From: Actinomycetes bacterium
GTDB taxonomy: Bacteria > Actinomycetota > Acidimicrobiia > Acidimicrobiales > Aldehydirespiratoraceae
NCBI GenBank assembly: GCA_024276355.1
Contig: JAJRXJ010000315.1
Span: 1 to 56,745 of the forward strand
Length of the DNA stretch: 56,745 nucleotides
Direction of reading: 5' to 3'
The translations under genes were made by a program, and so were the position numbers. Below the pieces are notes generated by a model that worked only from the letters and a program-made list of their open reading frames with translations, did no database searches and was not told where the DNA came from. Positions 36,808 to 45,698 of this stretch are shown here, piece by piece (the first letter of the stretch is position 1; the number at the start of each line of letters is the position of its first letter).

Positions 36808-37097
36808 TTGCCGGCACCGCGTGCGTGATCACGAGCCTGCTTGGCATTCCATTCGGCCATGGCCCGCAGGGTCAGCACGGCCACGATCGCCACCCCCAGA
36901 GCAGTGCCGACGGCGCTGGCAATGCCGACCGCACCTGCCAGTGTGGTGCATCCATCGTTGCATTGGAGGTCGGTGACGGAATACCCGATGAGCCCGCCGC
37001 AGAGGCCGCCGACCAGAATCGCGGCGACCGCGAGGGCACGGGCCAGCACCGGCGGGATGGCCGAGTCAGCGGGGGACATTTTGGCTTGATCTGACAT
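36804..37097 (-). CDS. Small 2-TM membrane protein
   Basis: ATG 37097 after -10 TAGGAT; SAIPPVLAR, two TMs around a CxxxC loop, LRAMAEW. Confidence 0.75.
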   Translation of the reverse strand: MSDQAKMSPADSAIPPVLARALAVAAILVGGLCGGLIGYSVTDLQCNDGCTTLAGAVGIASAVGTALGVAIVAVLTLRAMAEWNAKQARDHARGAGK

Positions 37098-37162
37098 TGC
37101 CTGAATCCTAGCGACGCGTGGGTGTCCCTCACCGGGCCAATGCGGCTCTAGAGTGCGCAGCC

Positions 37163-37885
37163 GTGCGTGTGTTGGCCGTGTTACCCACATTTCAAGAGTC
37201 GGCGAACATCGAAGAGGTGCTCCGCAAGTCGCTGGAAGCGGTGCCGTCGTTGTGCGTGCTCGTGGTCGACGACAGCAGTCCCGACGGCACCGCCGAGATC
37301 GCTGAGCGTGTGGGCAAAGAGATCGGCAACATCAGTGTCATGAAGCGGCCGGCCAAGTCCGGTCTGGGTTCTGCCTACCGGGACGGCTTCCGTCGTGGTT
37401 TGGCCGAGGGCTTCGACGTCCTCATCGAGATGGATTCCGATCTGTCACACGACCCGGCCGCACTCCCGGATCTGATCGCCGGTATCGAGGCGGGAGCCGA
37501 CCTGGTGATCGGCAGCCGCTACGTGCCCGGTGGGTCCATCCCCGACTGGACATGGCACCGTCGGGCGCTGTCGCGATGGGGAAACCGCTACGCCTCGAAG
37601 GTTCTCGCCATCGATGTCAACGATGCCACCAGTGGGTACCGCGCCTACCGGTCCGAATTGATGGCCAAAGTGGATTTCCATGATGTGAAGGCTGATGGCT
37701 ACGGCTTCCAGATCGAAATGGCCTACCGCGTCCTACGGGCCGGTGGATCGGTCAGCGAGGTACCGATCTCGTTCGTGGATCGAGCCCGTGGCACCTCCAA
37801 GATGTCGAGTCGGATCGTGGTCGAGGCCTTGCTGCTGGTCACCTGGTGGGGAATTCGCGACCGGCTGCTCAAACCGAGGGGCTGA
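37163..37885 (+). CDS. ppm1: Polyprenol monophosphomannose synthase (GT2)
   Basis: VVDDSSPDGT, GLGSAY, EMDSDLSH, GSRYVPGG, GYGFQIEM, GTSKMS. Confidence 0.92.
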   Translation: MRVLAVLPTFQESANIEEVLRKSLEAVPSLCVLVVDDSSPDGTAEIAERVGKEIGNISVMKRPAKSGLGSAYRDGFRRGLAEGFDVLIEMDSDLSHDPAALPDLIAGIEAGADLVIGSRYVPGGSIPDWTWHRRALSRWGNRYASKVLAIDVNDATSGYRAYRSELMAKVDFHDVKADGYGFQIEMAYRVLRAGGSVSEVPISFVDRARGTSKMSSRIVVEALLLVTWWGIRDRLLKPRG

Positions 37886-37895
37886 CAGCCGAAAG
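37869..37895 (+). promoter_or_regulatory. Candidate sigma28-type promoter
   Basis: (C)TCAAA-N14-GCCGAAAG, 8 nt before ATG 37904; equivalent to CTCA-N16-GCCGAA. Confidence 0.55.
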
Positions 37896-37903
37896 GAATA
37901 GCG

Positions 37904-38653
37904 ATGAACTCCGATCAAGTCGCACTTGTGCCTCCGCGTCGTCTCGGTTCCTTGCTGCGTCAGGCCAGAATCGCCGCGGGCTCCGAACTCGATGAGTTCG
38001 CCACCAGAGGCGACTTCGGAGTGGTCGATCTCGACGACATCGAGCATGGCCGTCGGCCGATAGACGACTCCACTCTGGCCATGCTTCTCTCGCTCTACGG
38101 GATAGAAGACTCCGGGCTGCTGCCTGAGCGGTCGAGACTGGTGATCGATCTCGATGCCGGCCGGATCGCGGTGGATCAGGACGACATGAGCATTGGCACA
38201 TCGGCCGACGCCGACAGGGTGTTGGCTCGTTACCTGGCGCTCGTGTACCGGTTGCGTGACCTTCCTCTGGGAACGCGGCTGCACCTGAGAGACGTTGACC
38301 TCGATGTGTTGTCGACCGCTCTGTCGATCGACTCGATCGATGTCGAGACCCGTCTCGAACGGCTCATGCGCGACAAGTCCGATGTGGGTCGCGACCAGGG
38401 CAGGCTCCGCCGTCGGTTGCTCGTGCCTCTGGCCGGGGTGGTCGTGGCAGCCACCGCTGTCGGCGTTCTGGTGCTGGTGTCACAGAGCACCGACACCGCA
38501 CCTGTGGTTGGCGACACCCCCACCACCGCGGTCTCCACCGACCTCGGGTCCGGGGCGGCTGTGGTCGACAACCCCTCCACCCCAACGGTCTCCACCGATT
38601 TGGGTAGCGGCGCTGCCGTGCAGACGAACCCCGCGGGCGGGTCCGGCGGCTGA
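37904..38653 (+). CDS. BldD-like XRE regulator with C-terminal TM anchor and repeated extracellular tail
   Basis: XRE domain LGSLLRQAR...IEHGRR...LLSLYGI..LLP; RLVIDLD; LARY...R-D-L-x8-R-D-V-D-L; RRR followed by a TM helix; 2x VSTDLGSGAAV. Confidence 0.72.
   Translation: MNSDQVALVPPRRLGSLLRQARIAAGSELDEFATRGDFGVVDLDDIEHGRRPIDDSTLAMLLSLYGIEDSGLLPERSRLVIDLDAGRIAVDQDDMSIGTSADADRVLARYLALVYRLRDLPLGTRLHLRDVDLDVLSTALSIDSIDVETRLERLMRDKSDVGRDQGRLRRRLLVPLAGVVVAATAVGVLVLVSQSTDTAPVVGDTPTTAVSTDLGSGAAVVDNPSTPTVSTDLGSGAAVQTNPAGGSGG
38523..38632 (+). repeat. Imperfect 57-bp (19-aa) tandem duplication within the CDS
   Basis: CGGTCTCCACCGA starts at 38529 and 38586; peptides AVSTDLGSGAAVVDNP and TVSTDLGSGAAVQTNP. 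Confidence 0.85.
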
Positions 38654-38698
38654 TCGGGGCTGCTTCCAAGTTCCGGTCGGCGGTGGCATGCTGTGGCG

Positions 38699-39193
38699 AT
38701 GCGCTATTGGAGTGTTGCCGGGGGCCTGCTGAGCGATGAACGGGGCTTGTTGCTGGTTGCCAACCAGCGGCCTGGCGGCATCGTCGACTGGACCACCCCC
38801 GGCGGAGTGGTCGACGATGGCGAGACATCGTTGGCGGCCCTCCAGCGCGAGGTGGCGGAGGAGACGGGCATGGTCGTCGACTCCTGGAGTTCGCTTTGCT
38901 GGACCGTTGAGGTCGATTTCGTCGACCTCGAGATGCACTTGGATGTGGAGGTCCATTCGGCGGCCTCGTTCAGCGGGGAAATATGCCTCGATGATCCCGA
39001 CCGGATCGTGACCGCCGCGGAGTTCGTGTCGCCGAAGACCGCGGTGGAGCTGCTGGCCGGGAGCCCGATGTGGGTGTCCGAGCCCCTGTGCTCGTGGATC
39101 ACCGAGCCATGGCCCGGGGAGCGCCGCCATTTCGCGTACACGGCCCACGGCATCAGCCCGGCCCGAATGAGGGCTGAACGGGTCTCTCCGTGA
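38699..39193 (+). CDS. NUDIX hydrolase
   Basis: Nudix box GGVVDDGETSLAALQREVAEETG. Confidence 0.92.
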   Translation: MRYWSVAGGLLSDERGLLLVANQRPGGIVDWTTPGGVVDDGETSLAALQREVAEETGMVVDSWSSLCWTVEVDFVDLEMHLDVEVHSAASFSGEICLDDPDRIVTAAEFVSPKTAVELLAGSPMWVSEPLCSWITEPWPGERRHFAYTAHGISPARMRAERVSP

Positions 39194-40467
39194 GCCAGGC
39201 CCTGACCGTGGGGTTGCCGCCCGACGGCACCCTCGGTTTTCTCCACGTCGACATGGATGCCTTTTTTGCTTCGGTGGAGCTGCGGCGGCATCCCGAACTG
39301 AAGGGGAAGCCGGTGGTCGTGGGAGGCACCGGGGACCGGGGGGTCGTCGCGGCAGCAAGCTACGCGGCCCGGTCATATGGCATCCATTCGGCGATGCCAT
39401 CGAGTCGTGCCCGGAGGCTCTGTCCCCACCTGGTTTTCATCAGCGGTGACCACGCACACTACGGCGAGGTGTCGGCGCGGGTCATGGCGATCATGGGCGA
39501 GTTCACTCCGCTCGTGGAGCCGTTGTCGCTCGATGAGGCCTTCCTCGATGTGCGAGGTGCGCTTCACGGCGGTGTTCGACCAAGTGAGATCGCGTCGGAG
39601 ATTCGACGTCTGATCATCGAAAAGGAGGCCCTCACCTGTTCGGTGGGGGTGGCCACGAGCAAGTTCCTCGCCAAGCTGGCAACCGAGAGGGCCAAACCCC
39701 GGGCCACGCCGACCGGCCCGGTGTTCGGCAGCGGCGTGTTCGTGGTCGAACCCGGGACCGAGCTCGACTTTCTGCATCCCATGCCCGTTCGCCGTCTCTG
39801 GGGGGTGGGGCCGGCGACGGGGGAGAAACTGTCCCGAAGGGGAATCGAGACGGTTGGTGACCTCGCCGCGCAACCGGAGTCCCGACTCATTGCCTCGCTC
39901 GGCCGGGCCCAGGGACGCCACCTCCACAGACTGGCCAACGCGGTCGACGAGCGTCCAGTGTCGATCACCCACGGCCTCAAGTCGGTTGGTCACGAGGAGA
40001 CGTTCTCGCGCGACATCGTCGACCCGGAGACCCTGAGAAGGCAGTTGGTGCGAATGAGCGACGCAGTGGCCGCGCGCCTCCGGTCGGGTGGCCAGAGGGG
40101 GCGCACGGTCAGCATCAAGGTCCGGTTCGGGGACTTCACCACGATCACGAGATCGGCAACATCGGAGTTTCCGGTGGATGGGACCGGTCTGATCACATCG
40201 GAGGCGGCCAGGCTGCTCGACGCGATCGATATCTCGCCCGGAGTGCGACTGCTGGGGGTAAGCGTCAGCCAGCTCTCGAGTGGTGAGGCTCGCCAACTCA
40301 GTCTCGACGATCTCGGTCGATCATCCGACGACGCCATCGATCCGGTTGTCGACGAGATCCGGAACCGCTTTGGCGGAGATGCCATCGGTCGGGCCGCGTC
40401 GATGTCCGGTTCCGGTCGATTGTCGAACAAGAAGCTCGGCGAATCGCAGTGGGGGCCATCGCAATGA
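39190..40467 (+). CDS. dinB: DNA polymerase IV (Y family)
   Basis: HVDMDAFFASVE, AASYAARSYG, SLDEAFLD, KFLAKLA, LWGVG, RLLGV. Confidence 0.96.
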   Translation: MSQALTVGLPPDGTLGFLHVDMDAFFASVELRRHPELKGKPVVVGGTGDRGVVAAASYAARSYGIHSAMPSSRARRLCPHLVFISGDHAHYGEVSARVMAIMGEFTPLVEPLSLDEAFLDVRGALHGGVRPSEIASEIRRLIIEKEALTCSVGVATSKFLAKLATERAKPRATPTGPVFGSGVFVVEPGTELDFLHPMPVRRLWGVGPATGEKLSRRGIETVGDLAAQPESRLIASLGRAQGRHLHRLANAVDERPVSITHGLKSVGHEETFSRDIVDPETLRRQLVRMSDAVAARLRSGGQRGRTVSIKVRFGDFTTITRSATSEFPVDGTGLITSEAARLLDAIDISPGVRLLGVSVSQLSSGEARQLSLDDLGRSSDDAIDPVVDEIRNRFGGDAIGRAASMSGSGRLSNKKLGESQWGPSQ

Positions 40468-40628
40468 GCGGGCCGGCGGGATTCGCGCCACGCGGTCAGC
40501 GCGCGAACATCCGGCGGAAGTGTTCCAGTACGGCAAAGATTCCAGAGTGTGGAAGGTCGCGCGTTGTTAGGCGGTTCCCGGTGTGAGACACTGTGAGAGC
40601 TAGGGAAGCCGGGCGAGAGGAATCAAAG

Positions 40629-41015
40629 GTGCCCCTTTCAGAGGACGAGAAGCGAATCCTCACCGAGATAGAGCAGCATCTCTACGAGTCAGACCCAAAG
40701 CTCGTGAACGAGGTGTCCAAGACCACTGTCTACACGCACGCGTTCCGCAACATGAAGTGGGCCACTCTCGGCTTCATCTCGGGCGTGGTGTTGATGATCG
40801 CACTCCTGCCCGTCAGCTATGTGCTGGCCTTCGGTGGATTCCTCCTGATGCTGGCCAGCGTTCTGATGTTCGAACGCAACGCCCGTCGCCTCGGCAAGGT
40901 GGGGATCGATCAGATGACCCGTTCGGTCAGGGGCGGATCAATCAAGGACGCCATGGGCGGCGCCGGCGCCCGCATGCGGGAGCGGTTCAATCGCCCCGAC
41001 GACCGCACCGACTGA
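40629..41015 (+). CDS. DUF3040 domain membrane protein
   Basis: MPLSEDEKRILTEIEQHLYESDP, two TMs, RMRERF. Confidence 0.9.
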   Translation: MPLSEDEKRILTEIEQHLYESDPKLVNEVSKTTVYTHAFRNMKWATLGFISGVVLMIALLPVSYVLAFGGFLLMLASVLMFERNARRLGKVGIDQMTRSVRGGSIKDAMGGAGARMRERFNRPDDRTD

Positions 41016-41058
41016 GTTCGAAACCCGGTCGTGAGCGATTGGGCGGGTCGGCGATGTT

Positions 41059-43401
41059 TCAGCCGACCGCCTTCACCCTGCGGGGGTCGAGGAATCGTGT
41101 CGTGAGCTTGCCCCTGCCCACCAACGATCGGCAGTGGTCGACAATCTGCGCCGAAGACCGGCACGCGTCGTCGGCCACGACGAGCGGCTCGGTGGGGCGT
41201 CCGTAGCGCATCACCGTGACGGCCCGCATGAGCTCGTGGACCCCGTTTATCGGCTGGGGCCATTCGCGGCTGATTCTCCGCTCGTACTCAAGAGGTGTCT
41301 CGTTCGGACGGTGCGGGAGTCCCAGCATCGCCAGCATCGCCGCGGCCTCGTCGAACGCGACCTCCGTGCGGGCCAAAGGACTTCCCGATATTCGACGGTG
41401 CAGCGACGCCCGGCGAACGGTGCGGGCCAGGGGAACGGCCAACACGGCGGCAATCAGGAGAGCGAGGGCCTTCAACGGCCCCGGAATACCGGTGCCGGTG
41501 TCGGATGGTGGTGTGACCGGGCTGGTGGGCTGATCCGTGAGGGTCGGGTCCTTGAGCGCCGACAGATCGCTACCGGATTTGACCCCGGCCCCGGCCCCGG
41601 CCGATGCCTCGGCTCGTTGGGTGGTGGTGGTTGTCGGCAGATCGGTGGAGACCTGACGGTTGGCACCGTCGTTCACACCGAACTGTGCGGCCTGCAGGCC
41701 GGTGATATCGGCGTCCTGGGGGCGGGCCCGGCCGGGGGTGGGGTCGAACGCAACCCAGCCGGCGCCGGCGAAGTAGACCTCGGGCCAGGCATGGGCGTTG
41801 CGGCCGCGCACGATGTATTCGCCTCGCGACTCATCCCAGTCGCCCCAGGTGAAACCGACGGCCACCCGGGCCGGAATCCCCAGTGATCGGGCCATGGCGG
41901 CAAACGTCGATGAGAACTGCTCGCAGTAGCCCCGGCGGCTCACGAACAGGAAGTCCTCCACATCGGCGACGTTTTCGTGGAGGGCCACGTCGAGGTCGTA
42001 GGTGAACAGAGTCGGGTCGAGGAAGTAATTCTGCAGCATCAGAGCGCGCTCGTGGTCGGTGGTGGCTCCGCTGGTGATCCGACGGGCCAACGCCGACACC
42101 GAATCAGGCCAGCACTGGCTGGTGGCGGGTGACTCGTTGGGGCCACAGGAAGGAGGCAGGGCGGTGTTTTCCGCCACGAACTCCGGGTCGAGACCTGCTG
42201 TGGAGTCGGCGGGCAGATCCGACGGCTCGAAGTCGGGTACCGACGACTCGATCGTGTAGGTGAACCCGGCCCTGGCCCTGTCCTGGTCGCCCGCTTTCAC
42301 CACCAGTGCACCTGTGGCCTTTTCGTATTCAAGGCCGATCCCACCGCTGTCGGTGACCGCCGAGACCTCGTAGGCAGCCGGCAGGTAGATGTTGCCGAGC
42401 CGTCGCGTGGTGATGGTCTGGGTGATCGTTCGTCGTCGAATGCTGGGATCGACATCGGATCCCACCGGCCCGCGTATGTCGCTGAACTTCGATGACCGAC
42501 GCCACACGTTTCCGTCGAAGGAATTGAGGGCCATGAGCCGCCAGTAGTCGTTGTCGGCTCTGTTGACAGCCACTGAGAAGATCTCGAAATTGGACTGTTG
42601 CACAAGGGAGGTGGAGATCTCGACCAACGGACTGATGACCGTTCGGGAGTCCGGTCCGCCGGTTATCTGCTTGAAGTCGACGATGGGATCGTCGGCGGCG
42701 CCGGGAAGCGTAGGAGCCACGACGACGCCGACGAGGACGGCCATCACCGCGCTGACGCCACCGAGGCGGATGGTGGTGGCGACACCCCGGCGGGCGCCGT
42801 TGCCAACCCACGATTCCTCGCGGGCCTGACGCTCGGCTCTCATCGTGATGAGAACGGCCGCCGAGGCTCCCGCGAAGACCGCCCCATTCCTGACGCCGTT
42901 GTCGCCGGTGCCCATCAAGGCGCCGAACACGAACACCGACAGCGCCGGTGCCAGTGATTCCAGTGGCGACCGGAGTCGAAAGGCGGCCCAATCGGCGAGG
43001 TGGGCCAGCCACCATCCGACGAATGCCAACACGGCCACGAAACCCGGGGCCACGGGTACGGGAGCAGACTGATCGGTGTAGATCCGCCATGCGTCGCCGA
43101 GGTCGTTTCCGAGCAGATCGAATGTGGCTCGTGAGGGGAGGAAGACACCGGCCGTGTCGGGGTAGAGCACGTTGGTGATCACGAACACCGACGCGACCGC
43201 ACTCACCAGAGTGGAGACCATCAATGTGGCGCCGAGACGCCGCAGCACGATGGCGAGAACATGGGAAATGAGCGTGATGGTGATCACCTTGGCAAGAAAC
43301 GACGAGTCGACGAAGAGTCGCTCAAGGCTGATCATCGCGACGACGGAGAGCGCGGCAAGGGCCAGTTCGGCAGCCGTCTGAGCCATCTGCCTGGGGCTCA
43401 T
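41059..43401 (-). CDS. Membrane transglutaminase-like protein (DUF3488/TgpA)
   Basis: Multi-TM N-terminus; GYCEQFS, ARVAVGF, HAWPEVYF..GWVAFDPTP triad. Confidence 0.92.
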   Translation of the reverse strand: MSPRQMAQTAAELALAALSVVAMISLERLFVDSSFLAKVITITLISHVLAIVLRRLGATLMVSTLVSAVASVFVITNVLYPDTAGVFLPSRATFDLLGNDLGDAWRIYTDQSAPVPVAPGFVAVLAFVGWWLAHLADWAAFRLRSPLESLAPALSVFVFGALMGTGDNGVRNGAVFAGASAAVLITMRAERQAREESWVGNGARRGVATTIRLGGVSAVMAVLVGVVVAPTLPGAADDPIVDFKQITGGPDSRTVISPLVEISTSLVQQSNFEIFSVAVNRADNDYWRLMALNSFDGNVWRRSSKFSDIRGPVGSDVDPSIRRRTITQTITTRRLGNIYLPAAYEVSAVTDSGGIGLEYEKATGALVVKAGDQDRARAGFTYTIESSVPDFEPSDLPADSTAGLDPEFVAENTALPPSCGPNESPATSQCWPDSVSALARRITSGATTDHERALMLQNYFLDPTLFTYDLDVALHENVADVEDFLFVSRRGYCEQFSSTFAAMARSLGIPARVAVGFTWGDWDESRGEYIVRGRNAHAWPEVYFAGAGWVAFDPTPGRARPQDADITGLQAAQFGVNDGANRQVSTDLPTTTTTQRAEASAGAGAGVKSGSDLSALKDPTLTDQPTSPVTPPSDTGTGIPGPLKALALLIAAVLAVPLARTVRRASLHRRISGSPLARTEVAFDEAAAMLAMLGLPHRPNETPLEYERRISREWPQPINGVHELMRAVTVMRYGRPTEPLVVADDACRSSAQIVDHCRSLVGRGKLTTRFLDPRRVKAVG

Positions 43402-44561
43402 GCGCTCACCTTGGTGCGACTCCACAGCGAGCTCCACGCCGGGCCGAGCTGGCCGGGGCCGTACAGGTGGGCCCATGCGTGTCCACCGGTTGGAGGTGGT
43501 GCCTGGGAGCCCCATGTGGACGGGTCGACGGTTATGCATGCCGAGGCACTGAGCCGAGCCATCAACCCCGACCTGGTGCCGGGATCGGCCACCACCGAGG
43601 GGCTGGAGCTGATCACGACGACCCTTCCCCCCGTGGCCGGCACGGACTCGTGAATGGCTCGGTCACCGGAGTCGAGACGGGCCAGGAACTCGAGCGCCTC
43701 GAGTATGTGGGCCGGGCCGGTGATGACGTTCGTGGACCGGCCCTCGGTGGTCTGGATCCTCACGGAGTCGCCGGCGTTCAGAACCGAGTTGGTGATCGAC
43801 GCTGCCACCGAGGTCGTGATGTCGAGGACCTCGTCGGTGTCGCCGGGGGGACGAGTGTCGATGACGATGGTGAGGCGACCGTGACGCGGCGGCTGGAACT
43901 GGCGGACGAGAAGCTCGTCGTGTCGGGCCGAGGATGGCCAGTGGACTTTCCGGAGGTCGTCGCCGGGCTGGTACTCGCGAAGCCCGTCGAATTCTGCGTC
44001 GCTTATGCCGAGGGTTTGCCTTTGCTGATCACCCATCATCGGGTCGTGACCGCTGAGGATCCTGATCTCGGGGACCGCCTCGATCGGCGGGTGGACCAGC
44101 AGCGTGGAGATGGTTTCGAACGAATGGCGTCGTCTGGCCAGGCCGGCCGGATCGGTGTCGACGATCTCAACGGGACCGATCCGGACGAGTCCACGACGGG
44201 TTGTGGGCAATCGGTATGACGCGATCGTGGAACGTCCACGGTCGATCGGGGACAGCGACAGCCGCACTCCCCTCGTGCTGCTGATCGAGTCGTGGATCCG
44301 GAGGAGCGGGGATCGGTGGTGGGCCAGGTTTCTGATCTCGAGATCGATCTGGATCGGCCTGCCGGCCTCCACCCGCGAGGAGGACAGGCGCCGTGCGACC
44401 ATCAGATCGGAACGACGGGTGGCCCTCACCCCGACGGCGATGACGACGGCCGAGATGGCCACGACCCCGGCGACGATGAACTCGATCGGGCCGAGAAGGC
44501 GGCCGGACAGGGCGGTGAGAATGCCGCCTCCGAGGAGAAGCCAACCACCTCTCGTGGGCAT
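43398..44561 (-). CDS. DUF58 domain protein
   Basis: LREYQPGDDLRKVHWPSSAR..LLVRQ; ATG 44561. Confidence 0.92.
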   Translation of the reverse strand: MPTRGGWLLLGGGILTALSGRLLGPIEFIVAGVVAISAVVIAVGVRATRRSDLMVARRLSSSRVEAGRPIQIDLEIRNLAHHRSPLLRIHDSISSTRGVRLSLSPIDRGRSTIASYRLPTTRRGLVRIGPVEIVDTDPAGLARRRHSFETISTLLVHPPIEAVPEIRILSGHDPMMGDQQRQTLGISDAEFDGLREYQPGDDLRKVHWPSSARHDELLVRQFQPPRHGRLTIVIDTRPPGDTDEVLDITTSVAASITNSVLNAGDSVRIQTTEGRSTNVITGPAHILEALEFLARLDSGDRAIHESVPATGGRVVVISSSPSVVADPGTRSGLMARLSASACITVDPSTWGSQAPPPTGGHAWAHLYGPGQLGPAWSSLWSRTKVSA

Positions 44562-44562
44562 T

Positions 44563-45576
44563 TCAGCGGGCTGCCGGACGCGGCACCGGGACGCCGTCGA
44601 GCACTTCGGCGACCACATCGCCGGGTCGCGTGCCCCGCAGGGTGCTCTCCGGGGAGACGATGAGTCGGTGGGGCAGGACGAACGGGGCCATTGCCTTGAC
44701 GTCGTCGGGGATCACGAATCCGCGCCCATGGGAGGCCGCCTGCGCCCGTGAGGCCCTCTGTAGGTCGAGCAGGCCACGAGGTGACAAACCCAACGACAGG
44801 GAGTGGTGACGACGGGTAGCCACGGCGATGTCGAGCAGGTAGTTGGCCAGGGGTTCGGCTACGTGAACCCGGCTGATCGCGAGGGCGATCTGCGACAGGG
44901 CGGTCGACGATGTGACGGCCGACAGCGACTCGACTCCGTCGGACGATCCGGCGTGGGTTGAAAGCATCAACCGTTCGGACTCGCGTTCGGGGTACCCAAC
45001 GGCGATGCGCATCAGGAACCGATCTAGTTGAGCTTCGGGGAGGGGATAGGTGCCCTCGTGCTCGATCGGATTCTGGGTGGCGATCACCATGAACGATGAG
45101 CCGAGGCGATGGGTGACGCCGTCGGCCGTGACCTGCTTTTCGGCCATGGCTTCCAACAGCGCGGACTGGGTCTTGGGTGAGGCCCGGTTGATCTCATCGG
45201 CGAGCAGGATCTCCGCGAAGACCGGTCCGGGCCTGAAGTCGAAGGTGTTGGTGGCTCGGTTCCATACCGACATTCCGGTGACATCGGATGGGAGCAGATC
45301 CGGCGTGAACTGCACACGACCGAACCGGCCGTCGATGCTTCTGGCGAGGGCCTTGGCCAGTGTGGTCTTGCCGACCCCGGGAACATCCTCGATCAGCACA
45401 TGCACCTCGGACACGAGCGCGATCATCAACAGGTGGACGACATCCCGTTTCCCCTGGATGACGGTTTCTATGTTTGCCTGAACAGCTGCGAGGTGGTGGG
45501 CCAGTTCCGCCGCGGCCTGCGCATCGGATTGGTTCCCGGGTCCTTGACTCGGGAGCTGCTCGTCTGTTGTTGTCAC
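44563..45576 (-). CDS. moxR: MoxR family AAA+ ATPase
   Basis: EDVPGVGKT, QFTPDLLPSD, LADEINRASPKTQSALLEAM, ATQNPIE; GGAGG before GTG 45576. Confidence 0.95.
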   Translation of the reverse strand: MTTTDEQLPSQGPGNQSDAQAAAELAHHLAAVQANIETVIQGKRDVVHLLMIALVSEVHVLIEDVPGVGKTTLAKALARSIDGRFGRVQFTPDLLPSDVTGMSVWNRATNTFDFRPGPVFAEILLADEINRASPKTQSALLEAMAEKQVTADGVTHRLGSSFMVIATQNPIEHEGTYPLPEAQLDRFLMRIAVGYPERESERLMLSTHAGSSDGVESLSAVTSSTALSQIALAISRVHVAEPLANYLLDIAVATRRHHSLSLGLSPRGLLDLQRASRAQAASHGRGFVIPDDVKAMAPFVLPHRLIVSPESTLRGTRPGDVVAEVLDGVPVPRPAAR

Positions 45577-45698
45577 TTGGCCTCCGGCCGCCGGCGATGC
45601 CCCGAGAATAGGCGCTGAGGGGCCATTAGGCACGCCGCCCCGGAGTGGGGCGTGCCCATCGCTTCCGGGGCGCCGTGTCAGCGCGTAGGTTTCTCTCC

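Noticed and set aside
41059-45576. MoxR-DUF58-transglutaminase operon as a novel system
   Set aside because: Well-known conserved triad upstream of dcw in Actinobacteria; nothing atypical seen
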